Notes under the pieces: generated by a model
Databases searched by the model: none
What the model was told of the DNA's origin: nothing
What the model saw: only the letters and a program-made list of their open reading frames with translations
Translations under genes and position numbers: made by a program
Part shown: positions 47,436 through 57,447 of the stretch, one piece after another
Layout of the letters: each line of letters starts with the position of its first letter
Numbering within the stretch: the first letter of the stretch is position 1
Virus record (IMG/VR): IMGVR_UViG_3300050014_000899
Length of the DNA: 64,000 nucleotides
Reading direction: 5' to 3' (one strand)
From: a virus

Positions 47436-47633
47436 TACAGAGAATTCGTCGCACTACGGTGAGAAACTTCAGTCCATCACAGCTGAAAGCGGGAGATCTA
47501 ACTAATCGTTAATACCGCTGAGAGATGCAACTTAAACAGACTTAGACTAAAAGCTGATCAATGATAGTCGGGTTAAGGCCAATAGACAAATGACGAAATA
47601 AAGCAAAAGACTGGGTACGCTCATATCAATATT
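47428..47633 (+). ncRNA. rnpB: compact RNase P-like RNA
   Basis: P1 ATATTGATA/TATCAATAT; P2 TTCGTCG/TGACGAA; P3; P4 GAGAA-ACTTCAGTC with CAAAA-GACTGGGT-AC (bulged U); CR-IV-like TAGACAAATG. Confidence 0.75.
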
Positions 47634-47637
47634 AAAT

Positions 47638-47745
47638 GGTTTCGTAGCTTAGGGGCAGAGTACTGGCGGAACATGCGGGGAGCGAGAGATCGTCCGTAAT
47701 GACCTAGAGGCATACGGGGCGGAGGTTCGATTCCTTCCGAGACCA
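47638..47745 (+). ncRNA. tRNA-like RNA with enlarged anticodon domain
   Basis: GGTTTCG/CGAGACC, D-arm, T-arm, ~50-nt structured insert. Confidence 0.6.
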
Positions 47746-47758
47746 CAAAAATTAAATT

Positions 47759-48292
47759 ATGAACACAAAACAGATTGCAGTTACAGGAGATTTGGCTTTA
47801 GGGAATTCGGTAAAACCCCTTTTGAAAAATACAGAACTTTATTGCGAAGTCTGTAAAGACTACACTGAACACGAAGAAGGTGAAATCACAAAATGTATGG
47901 TTTGCGGCTCCGTCTATCGGAATGTTAAAAGATATATCATCTGCGGTAAACCTGATAATGCAGAAGTAATTGCAGCTCGCGAGGCATTATTGGACAAAGA
48001 ACCCGATGTTATTATCATCGATGAAGAGGTTGCTTGGAAACATAAGGTTAAAGGATTTTCTAACAATCCATTCCAATCTCGCCCAACAATGCCAATCTAT
48101 CCTAATCCCGAATTATTTCAGGGTTTAGAAGATATGAGATATGATCATCTTTCCAAAAGAGAAAGAAATGCTGTTATTGAGCCGGTTCGTACCGAACCTA
48201 AATACCAAAGGAACGAACCATGTCCTTGCGGTAAAACCGACGATAATGGTAAGAGATTAAAATACAAAAAATGCTGTGGAAAAAATGGCTAA
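47759..48292 (+). CDS. SEC-C motif protein
   Basis: RNEPCPCG..KYKKCCG. Confidence 0.8.
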   Translation: MNTKQIAVTGDLALGNSVKPLLKNTELYCEVCKDYTEHEEGEITKCMVCGSVYRNVKRYIICGKPDNAEVIAAREALLDKEPDVIIIDEEVAWKHKVKGFSNNPFQSRPTMPIYPNPELFQGLEDMRYDHLSKRERNAVIEPVRTEPKYQRNEPCPCGKTDDNGKRLKYKKCCGKNG

Positions 48293-49236
48293 GAAAGAAA
48301 AAAGAATCAAAAATCAGGACATTATTGATTTCCGATATTGGCTAATCAATCAGATGTATCCCGGATCAGTTCCCGATACTTCAAGCACTTCTTTTATTGT
48401 TAATGGAAAGAAAAGAGAAATGGATCCGTATGAAAGAGCAGTCTATGATGAAGTGCTGCTTCAGTTTAACAGTCACTTTGGAGTAAGAGGTTATGATATA
48501 GGATAATTATGGCTATAAATTTTGCAGAGTTAGATAAGGAGCTCAAGGAGGGTCCGCTAACAAGAGACGAATTATTAATCATTGAAAGATTTGAAAATCA
48601 GATCGACAAAGATATAAAAAGACAATATACTGGAAACAACTCGGTTCATATTTCTGATCATCAAGTTGAGTTTACTTTTGACTCAATACAGGATCGTCAA
48701 TTAAATCTTCCTTATGCCCGAAGAAAAATCATGACAAAAGAACTTTTGAATCGATATGATAGAGCTGGATGGAAAGTTCAGAAGGATTCAGGTGGAGAAG
48801 ATGATGGCCCAAATCGTCCAGCAATTCCATTTTACGTATTCACAGGCAAAACCTTAAGATAATGTATACGGATGCACTTTCACTCGAAGAAAAGAAATAC
48901 AGGCAAACAAAGTCTGTAAGGTGGTTAGATACACCAGAGGGAACTATTTGGGCAACATATGGTTTTAGAAACTATATCCAGCCCGTTGATCCGAATTTAA
49001 GATATACCCCGCTTGGAGTTGATCTTGATCTTTTGTTTGATGAAGATGAAGCAATATTTGAACCTACAAAATAATATGGCTAAAATTATTATTGATCCCG
49101 TCGGAGACTATGATGTAAATTGGAGAAGGGGTCTTTGGAAATCTGTTTGGAAAAATGCTTTTATTCCAGAAGGTTTGCGAGGAAAAATCAAAATAGTTTT
49201 TGATAAGAAAGACGGGCATCCTATAATTAAAAAGAA

Positions 49237-49812
49237 ATGATTGAAACCCTTGCGGTCATATTTACTATAATAGATGTTTGGCTGACAACCAAAAGGCATA
49301 TTTTAACTTGGCCTGTAGGAATCATCGGGGTTATTCTTTATGGCATCGTTTTCTGGAATTCCAGACTTTATTCTGACTTTGGTCTTCAATTTGTTTTCTT
49401 AGCTCAAAGTATTGTTGGCTGGATAACTTGGAGCAGACATCTGGAGGATGTTAAAACTCATACGAGAGTCACATGCATGACTCCAAAAGAAATGGCTTAT
49501 TGGTTTTCTGGGGGAATTTGGGCATATATCATTTTAGCCATAGTGATGAAAAAATATACAAATGCTGCTGTTCCATGGGTAGATTCATTTGTAGCAGTTT
49601 TTAGCTTAATAGCCAACTGGTTACTTGCTAAAAGGAAACTTGAAAATTGGTATGTCTGGATTCTTGCAAACACGATTTATGTCGGACTATTTTTATATAA
49701 AGGGCTTTACCTATCCTCAGTTCTATATGCTGGATTAATATATTTGGATATTGTAGGATTGAAAGATTGGACCAAAAAATTAAAAGAACAATTTTTAATG
49801 TTTAAATCATGA
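49237..49812 (+). CDS. pnuC: nicotinamide riboside transporter PnuC family
   Basis: WPVGI, GWITW, PWVDS, LLAKRKLENWYVW. Confidence 0.93.
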   Translation: MIETLAVIFTIIDVWLTTKRHILTWPVGIIGVILYGIVFWNSRLYSDFGLQFVFLAQSIVGWITWSRHLEDVKTHTRVTCMTPKEMAYWFSGGIWAYIILAIVMKKYTNAAVPWVDSFVAVFSLIANWLLAKRKLENWYVWILANTIYVGLFLYKGLYLSSVLYAGLIYLDIVGLKDWTKKLKEQFLMFKS

Positions 49813-50493
49813 ACTGCGCAGCTAAATTATTTTGGTTAATGTTAGGGCTCTTTTTTATCATGTGCCTTATATTCTTCTTTTCGTGGATAGTGATGATTGT
49901 ATTTGGAGCAATTCTGATAACCGGAATCTGCGGAATATTCTCCAATAAAAGAAAAAAGGAAATATCTATTTCAGTAAGAGGTACTGGAACTGTGGATGAA
50001 AATGGAAAAGTGACAGATTATAAATTGCAAGGTATTGATATAGTGGAAAATGAAAACACCAAAGAAAGCTAAAATGAGCGATGATCCTCGATGGGAAAAA
50101 TATGATGAACTGAGGAAAGCTGGAGATATTTTAAAAGCAGATAAATTAAAAGAGGAAATCAAAGATACTTACATTTGGAAAAAACCGTGTCACCATGTCG
50201 GAGAAAAATGAACTAAGCAAATCCTATCGCGATTGGGAAAAAGATGTTGATCTTGACGAACTGGATAAAAAAATGGCAAAAGAATTGGAAATGACACAGC
50301 AGGATAAGGACTTGGCTAAAGTTACTGGTTTTGTTAGTAAAAATTATGGGCCAAAAGCTGCTCTAATTTTTTACATTGATTTTATACAACCTATTAAAGA
50401 ACGTTTAGAAGAATTAAAAGATGAGTCATAAACGTATAATTTTTGTGGGTTCAACTTTTTCGGGAATGAACTTGGATATATATAATAAAAACT

Positions 50494-51357
50494 ATGTATT
50501 CAAGAAATTGTCCAAAATGCGGAAAAGTAATAAATTATCGAAATAAAAGATCTTTTTTAATTTCGATAAAACAAAATACCAACTGTGGGCCATGCCGTTC
50601 TGCTGGTATAAATAAAGGGAAAAAAGCTTCAGAAAAAACAAAGAAGAAATTAAGTATAAACAATTCCGGCTCTGGAAATGGTTTTTTTGGTAAAAATCAT
50701 ACAAAACAATCCAAAGATGCTATAAAAAATTATAATATTGGGAAAACATATTCTGATGAAACAAATAAAACTAAAGGATTAAAAGGAGAATTAAATCCTA
50801 GATATGGCAAAAATAATTATGATTCATGGCTTAAAAAATATGGAGAAAAAGAAGCAAATGAAAAACTTAATAATTTTAAAAAGAAAGCATCAATAAATTC
50901 TTCAGGAAAAAATAATCCAATGTATGGTAAGCCTTCCCCAACTGGTTCTGGGAATGGTTGGTCTGGTTGGTATAAAAATAAATATTTTCGAAGTTTGCGA
51001 GAACTTTCTTTTATAATTTACTATATTGAAAGATTTAATCTAAAATATGAAACTGGAGAAAGTAAGAAATATCAAATAAAATATAAGGATAATGAAGTTG
51101 AAAGAAATTATTATCCTGATTTTTTTATAAGCAACCATTATTTAGTAGAAATTAAGCCAATAAAACTTTGGAATAGTAGATCCGTTCTATTAAAAAAAGA
51201 AGCAGCAATTAGATTTTGTGAAGAGAGAGGATTAAAATATAAATTGATAGACCCCATAAAATTAGTTACAAAAATCGAGTTAATGAAAAAAATTGAAATG
51301 GGGGAACTCCAATTTTTAGAAAAATATCAACTAAAATTAAATAATTATGAGTCATAA
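50494..51357 (+). CDS. putative homing endonuclease (NUMOD3 plus TnsA-like nuclease)
   Basis: NGFFGKNHT, NPMYGK, FRSLRE, YYPDF..VEIKP. Confidence 0.85.
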   Translation: MYSRNCPKCGKVINYRNKRSFLISIKQNTNCGPCRSAGINKGKKASEKTKKKLSINNSGSGNGFFGKNHTKQSKDAIKNYNIGKTYSDETNKTKGLKGELNPRYGKNNYDSWLKKYGEKEANEKLNNFKKKASINSSGKNNPMYGKPSPTGSGNGWSGWYKNKYFRSLRELSFIIYYIERFNLKYETGESKKYQIKYKDNEVERNYYPDFFISNHYLVEIKPIKLWNSRSVLLKKEAAIRFCEERGLKYKLIDPIKLVTKIELMKKIEMGELQFLEKYQLKLNNYES

Positions 51358-51832
51358 ACGCGTGATAATTTGTGGCGCAACTTGCTCCGGTAAGACCTAT
51401 CTTCGAAAGAAACTTGAAGAAAAAGGATTTCATTTTGATGTTTCATATACTACTCGCCCTCGTAGACCAGGTGAGGAGGACGGAGTTCATTACAAATTCA
51501 TTAAACAAGATGCATTTGAATTTATGGTTAAGATAGGATCTTTCTATGAACATGTAGAGTATAATGGATTTGGTTACGGAACTGGAAAACAGGAATGGAA
51601 TACCTCAGATTGTTTCATCATGGAAACTGATGGTATCAAACACATTGATAAAACCAGCAGAAAACATACATTCATCATATACATCAACCCACCAGTAAAA
51701 ATTCGTAAAGAAAGAATGCTTGGAGAACGTGGTTGGTCCGAAGAAGAAGCTAATGCGAGACTCAAAACAGATAAGAAGAAATTCAAAGACTTCACGGATT
51801 ACGATTTAATGATTACAAACCCCGATTTCTAA
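51347..51832 (+). CDS. gmk: guanylate kinase
   Basis: GATCSGKT, SYTTRPRRPGEEDGVHYKF, YGT. Confidence 0.92.
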   Translation: MSHKRVIICGATCSGKTYLRKKLEEKGFHFDVSYTTRPRRPGEEDGVHYKFIKQDAFEFMVKIGSFYEHVEYNGFGYGTGKQEWNTSDCFIMETDGIKHIDKTSRKHTFIIYINPPVKIRKERMLGERGWSEEEANARLKTDKKKFKDFTDYDLMITNPDF

Positions 51833-52074
51833 TGAAAGAAATACTAACCGGTTTATTATACCTTTTAGGATTTATAGCAGTCCTTATAGGAACTCTATAT
51901 TTTCTGGGTCATGCTGGCCGAATTATTAAGAATTTTTTCTCTTGCTGTAGCTATACCCCTCCAGAAAACTTTGAAGATACCTGTTTAAGAGGAGTAACAA
52001 GTATGCTAATTCTTTTATAGTAGCTGCATTTATAATGGTATGCTATGCTCTAGGATCTGCAATTTTAAATTAAT

Positions 52075-52968
52075 ATGGACTCAAAATCTCTACAAAAGAA
52101 AGTTTCGGGGGTTTTCAAAGATAACTTTGGATATACTCCTCTTAGCGAACGTCTTCAAGATATTCAAAGAGAATTCTTTGAACTTATGAAATGGACTGAT
52201 GTAAAAAATCTTAAAGAGGAAGCAGGGGATCTCTTAACTTCCTTGATTGCTCTTCATGAAGAAAATGAGTGGTGGTTTGATGAGAATGTTCATGCAACTT
52301 TAGAAAAAATAGAAAAGAGGAAACTTCAATATAAAACACTTGGAAGAAAAACCAAGGTAGCTATTTATGGCGGAGCATTTAATCCTATCACAACTGGTCA
52401 CATTCAAGTTTGTAAATTCTTATTGAACACTTCCAAAGAATTTGACGAAGTTTGGATAATGCCGGCTTATCACCACATGTATAATAAAGAAATGGTATCT
52501 CCCGAACACCGTCTTTCAATGTGTGAACTTGCTGCTCAGGTTGATAAAAGAATCAAAATATTCCCATTTGAGATTGACAATAAGCTTCATGGGGAAACTT
52601 ATTACTTTGTCAAGAAACTCAAAGAAGAAACACTTAACGAACAATACAATTTTAGCATAGTTATTGGTTTGGATAATGCTAATACTTTCTATCATTGGGT
52701 TAATTATGAACTACTTGAAAGACTAATTCGTTTCGTGGTTGTTCCTAGAAAAGGATACTCAGCTATTGAAAATGCCTGGTATTTTAAAGAACCTCATATT
52801 TACTTACATGAAGATCCTAATGCAATAGAGGTTTCATCTTCGGAAGTTCGAGGACTATTAGGCATGTCGGAATTTAACGCAGAAAATCATAAACATTTAA
52901 TGACTAAAATTTGTCCGGAAGTCTTCGAGTATATTATAAAAAACAAATTATACATCTATGGCACGTAA
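52075..52968 (+). CDS. nadD: nicotinate-nucleotide adenylyltransferase with N-terminal MazG-like domain
   Basis: EFFEL..EEAGDLL N-domain; YGGAFNPITTGH, HRLSM, IGLDN, VSSSEVR. Confidence 0.92.
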   Translation: MDSKSLQKKVSGVFKDNFGYTPLSERLQDIQREFFELMKWTDVKNLKEEAGDLLTSLIALHEENEWWFDENVHATLEKIEKRKLQYKTLGRKTKVAIYGGAFNPITTGHIQVCKFLLNTSKEFDEVWIMPAYHHMYNKEMVSPEHRLSMCELAAQVDKRIKIFPFEIDNKLHGETYYFVKKLKEETLNEQYNFSIVIGLDNANTFYHWVNYELLERLIRFVVVPRKGYSAIENAWYFKEPHIYLHEDPNAIEVSSSEVRGLLGMSEFNAENHKHLMTKICPEVFEYIIKNKLYIYGT

Positions 52969-53223
52969 ATCTATTTGTTCAGATTGCGGCGAAGTTCTGG
53001 AACCAACTAACAAAGATTATGTTGTTTGCGGAAATTGCGGTGAATTCCAATGGGTTGACTTTGATCAAAAAATAGAAGAGGAACCTACAATTTCAGAAAG
53101 ACTCAGGGAAGCTGCAAAGAAATATAAAGCAGTAACAGAAGAGATGGGGGTACCCGGAAAATTTCACGGAAATAAAGTCATGAAAAGCACATTGGTTAAA
53201 AAGAAACGTAATAAAAAATATTA

Positions 53224-53760
53224 ATGGTAAGACCTATCGTATTATTTGGAGACCCTATGCTAAGGCTTATTAGCACAGAGGTTCAAAAAAATAGCAAAAT
53301 TCCTATTGAGCCGCTTCTTGTTGACATGTTTGAAACTGTGAAGAAAGCAAACGGTGCTGGTCTTGCTGCAATTCAAGTTGGAGTTCCTCTTCGTATTTTT
53401 GTTGTTGATGCTAATCTTGAAAAGGAGGACTTTCACTTCAAACAGTCATTTATAAATCCTAAGATTTTAAAAGAATGGGGAGAACCGGAAAAGCATCCGG
53501 AAGGTTGTCTTTCTATTCCTCAATTAACAGCGATGATCTCACGTCTTCCTAATATAGAATTCGAATGGTATGATGAAGAATGGGTTTACCATAAGGAAGA
53601 ATTTTCTGGTTACGCAGCTCGCATTATACAGCATGAATACGAGCATTTAAATGGTGGGTTATATGTTGATGATCTGGATCTCATGTGGAGCGAAATGTTT
53701 AAACTTCCTCTTGACTTAATTGAAAAAAGAAAAATCAAATTACCATATTTATGGAGATAA
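53224..53760 (+). CDS. def: peptide deformylase
   Basis: GAGLAAIQVG, EGCLS, QHEYEHLNG. Confidence 0.95.
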   Translation: MVRPIVLFGDPMLRLISTEVQKNSKIPIEPLLVDMFETVKKANGAGLAAIQVGVPLRIFVVDANLEKEDFHFKQSFINPKILKEWGEPEKHPEGCLSIPQLTAMISRLPNIEFEWYDEEWVYHKEEFSGYAARIIQHEYEHLNGGLYVDDLDLMWSEMFKLPLDLIEKRKIKLPYLWR

Positions 53761-53986
53761 CATCTGATTTCATTTACACAGAAAGGATCAAACGATTAGA
53801 GAAACTCTATCAGGATGGAATTGATCTATTGAAAGAAAATAAAAGACAATGGGATAAAGCTGTCGACGATGAAACCTGCAATCCCATTATGCTAAATATC
53901 ATAGCGGATAATATGTACTCGATGGAAGAAACTCTTCGAGTCATTAAGGAACGAATGGGTACAATTAAACTTGAAATATCCAATTA

Positions 53987-54496
53987 ATGAAGAATAGAAT
54001 ACCACATGAATTTTTTATAACCAAAGGTTCTGGTTGTAGTGACTTAGCTCTCCATCCGGGTTCATATCACATGGCTTTGCATGATGCTGGAATACACCAA
54101 TTCAATATAGTTGGATATTCTTCAGTGTTACCTGCTTCAGCTAAACTCGTAACTACTGATGAAGTAGATTTACCCGAATTTGGTTCAGAACTTTCTACAA
54201 TAATGGCTTGTGCCAGCGGTAACTACGGAGAACATATTTCAGCAGGGATTATTTATGCTTGGTTATACAAGGATGATAATTTTGATGAAAAAATCGGTGG
54301 CATTGTTTGTGAACTTGCCGGATATTTTAACGTAGAAGAATTAGAAGGAAGATTGTATGCAGTTATTGAAGACATGCATAAGAAAACTTTCGACCAATAC
54401 TTTATGGGGGAACCTCAGGTTCTTACAGAATCTCTTACCATAGATAAAAGATTTGGTACCGCTTTAGTTTCAATGTGTTTCGTAAATTACAAATAA
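53987..54496 (+). CDS. pdaD: pyruvoyl-dependent arginine decarboxylase
   Basis: ALHDAGI..FNIVGYSSVLP (Ser-Ser autocleavage site). Confidence 0.88.
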   Translation: MKNRIPHEFFITKGSGCSDLALHPGSYHMALHDAGIHQFNIVGYSSVLPASAKLVTTDEVDLPEFGSELSTIMACASGNYGEHISAGIIYAWLYKDDNFDEKIGGIVCELAGYFNVEELEGRLYAVIEDMHKKTFDQYFMGEPQVLTESLTIDKRFGTALVSMCFVNYK

Positions 54497-55585
54497 GATG
54501 GATAGCAGGATTTGTACATATCTCAACACTGTTGAGCTGGATGCAGTAATCCAGAGAATAATTAACGAACTTACAAATATTCAGATTATATCTGTTGTTC
54601 GTACTTCGGAATTTCAAAGATTAACTCCTACATCGGGAGACTGTGCCGATTATATAATACTTTATACCAATACCAATTAATATGACAAAAGAAGAAATTG
54701 CTCGAGAAGTAGCTGTAATGACCCCGGTTAAAAATGGTCGTTACTTAATGGGAACCAAAGCATATCATCAACTTGGTGATATAAGCAGAGATGAACCTGA
54801 TCTTTTCTGTGCTTCTGCCGAAACCGAAAAGTTTTACATTGGTATGTGGGTTACTGGTTTTGGATTTTTCAATGTATGTTTCCCTAAAGAAACCAGCCGG
54901 GAACTTACTCCTGAAGAAATTGAAAAGTACAACAAAACCTACATTCAGATCTCTTCACAGCCTCCCATAAAATTAAAAGTCGATTAATTTCTTAAAAATA
55001 TTTTTTTTCTAAGGAATAATTGTGTACATTTGTATCCACATTTAAATTAACTTAATCGAATACACATGAAGAAAATCGTATTGTTATTTATGCTACTTAT
55101 TTTTTCAGCTGTGGCTTATTCCCAGTCTAGCGGAATAACACTCACTCCTGATCAAATTAGTAAGTTGGACCCCGCCACAAAGGCTCAGATTGTAGCTTTA
55201 CAGGCTGAACAGAAAACAGATCAACTAATTTCTACCGGATCAAAATGGGTAGGATTAGGAAAAGAAATTGCTGAAGCTGTAAATGAATCAGCTAAAGGAG
55301 TCGCTTTAACTGCATCTGAATTTGCCGAAACTAAACTCGGAAAGTATACCATGTTTCTTATTGCTTATAAGGTACTTGGTGGAGATTTTCTGCGATTTTG
55401 CTTCTTATAAACACTATGGTTTATGGAGGTCTTATCTGGTTTCTTGATTCCCAACTTTTGCAGGATATAAAAGATCCAATCAATCCTAAAACAGCAATTA
55501 ATGCAATTCTTTTAACTGGATGGGCATTAAGCTCTGTAGTTTGTTGCATACTTCCATACATTAAACTTCATAAAAACAAGACAAT

Positions 55586-57049
55586 ATGATAATGTTCGGT
55601 GCCCTTATCGTTGTTATCCTTATCACTGGGATATTCTATTTTCTCAAACCTAAAGAATTTACTTGGTGGGAATTTTTTGTTCCTATGATTATAACTACCG
55701 GAATTATATTCGGTATGAAAGCATTGGTTGAACGTAGCAATGTTATGTTCACGGAATATTGGGGGGAAACTATCGACGTTGTCGGGGAAGAAGCTCCTTA
55801 TAATTACTGGCATAGTGAAACATGTTATCGTCAGGTCGCTTGTGGAACTGACAAAGATGGGAATACAGAATATTGTTCAGAACCTTATGATTGTTCTCAT
55901 CAGGAAGACGTTGGTCCAAGTTGGTGGGCTCATACTAATTTAGGAAACACTTATTCTCTTACTGAACATCAGCATGATAGTATCGTAGCTTTGTTTAGAA
56001 CTCCTAAAATAATCGTTAGCAGAAGAGACAATTATTCTCCTCGGGATCGAGCTGTTGGCTCAGATGGAACTAAATTTGAAGGAACTTGCGTAGGACAATC
56101 TAGCCCAATATGGAATACAACTTGGTCTGGGACAGATCAAACTCGGAAAGGCTATTTTACAATGCATACTTATGAAAATCGAATTAAAGCTTCGGATTTA
56201 ACCATATTTAATATTTCAGTTATTGATGATAAAGAAGCAGATAGTATTGGCCTTTATAAATACCCAAATATGAATGAAGGCGGATTTTTCAGAGGGATTG
56301 GGGATGCTATTTATTTTCCCACAATACTTGGTAAGAATGTTTCCAAAACTACTCAAACAAAATTTCAACGACTTAATGCGAAGTTTGGTCCGTCAAATGA
56401 ATTAAGATTGTGGATTCTCTTATTTGATAAGAAGCCTGCTTCAATAGCTGCACTTCAGGAAAATTACTGGGTTAAGGGAAATCAGAATGAATTAATCATT
56501 TGTATTGGAACCAATGGCGATGAAATTACTTGGGTACATTCATTCTCATGGGCTTTATCTGGAGACCTAACAGCCGAAACAACTCAAAAAGCTTTGGATC
56601 TTTATATGATGAATATTGAAACCAAAAAGGGCCAAACTCTTCCAGTTGCAATACCATTAAATTCTCAGCTGAAAGAAACTATCGGAAAAGGAACAGGCAT
56701 AGATACTGCATTACTTCCTCCAGTTCTTCCTTTAAACTTGAATAAGAAAGATATAACCAAAGTCACCAAAGGAAAGTATCCTGTTCTCAACGATCAAACC
56801 TGGGATGTATATTACAACTATCTTAATCAGAACCTAAACAAATTTAAGAGGAGACATTTTGAGGAATTTTCTTATTTGAAAGTAGTTCCAAAGACATGGC
56901 AGGTTATCTTGCTATACGTATTAGCCATTGCCATTGCGATAGGTATAAACTTTTGGAATATCAGTAATGAGTTTAATGATGATAGTCCAAGGGGAAATTC
57001 AGGCTACGGTGGTTACAATATTCAATACAGAAATAAATTCAGGTACTAA
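55586..57049 (+). CDS. membrane-anchored hypothetical protein
   Basis: N- and C-terminal TM helices with a Cys-rich loop. Confidence 0.7.
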   Translation: MIMFGALIVVILITGIFYFLKPKEFTWWEFFVPMIITTGIIFGMKALVERSNVMFTEYWGETIDVVGEEAPYNYWHSETCYRQVACGTDKDGNTEYCSEPYDCSHQEDVGPSWWAHTNLGNTYSLTEHQHDSIVALFRTPKIIVSRRDNYSPRDRAVGSDGTKFEGTCVGQSSPIWNTTWSGTDQTRKGYFTMHTYENRIKASDLTIFNISVIDDKEADSIGLYKYPNMNEGGFFRGIGDAIYFPTILGKNVSKTTQTKFQRLNAKFGPSNELRLWILLFDKKPASIAALQENYWVKGNQNELIICIGTNGDEITWVHSFSWALSGDLTAETTQKALDLYMMNIETKKGQTLPVAIPLNSQLKETIGKGTGIDTALLPPVLPLNLNKKDITKVTKGKYPVLNDQTWDVYYNYLNQNLNKFKRRHFEEFSYLKVVPKTWQVILLYVLAIAIAIGINFWNISNEFNDDSPRGNSGYGGYNIQYRNKFRY

Positions 57050-57387
57050 TGAAAATGTATATCTTCCTCTGGGAACATGTCCCAGATCATATGGCACCGG
57101 TTGTTGCAGCTCATGCTTCATTAGCTTGTTATCTTAAATTTCAAGACGATCCAAGAATGAAAAAATGGCTGGAAACCTCATTTAAAAAAGTAGTTTGTCG
57201 AGTATCTGAATCCGACTTTAAATGGTTAAAGCTGTGTGATAAGATTGATAACCTTAAACATCTCAATTATAATGTTACTACAGAATCTTCATTAAGTGGA
57301 GAAGAAGTAGCTATTACATTCTGTCCTGAAGAAACATTCCCTGAATTCTTTCATAAATTTAAACTCTGGAAACCTAATAAATCTTAA
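57049..57387 (+). CDS. peptidyl-tRNA hydrolase, Pth2-like
   Basis: KMYI..AAHASL..W..SFKKVVCRV..FCP..KLW. Confidence 0.8.
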   Translation: MKMYIFLWEHVPDHMAPVVAAHASLACYLKFQDDPRMKKWLETSFKKVVCRVSESDFKWLKLCDKIDNLKHLNYNVTTESSLSGEEVAITFCPEETFPEFFHKFKLWKPNKS

Positions 57388-57447
57388 AGTCCGGATTACT
57401 GGGGATATTTGGTATTTCTTCATGAATATATAAATAAAAAGATATTC

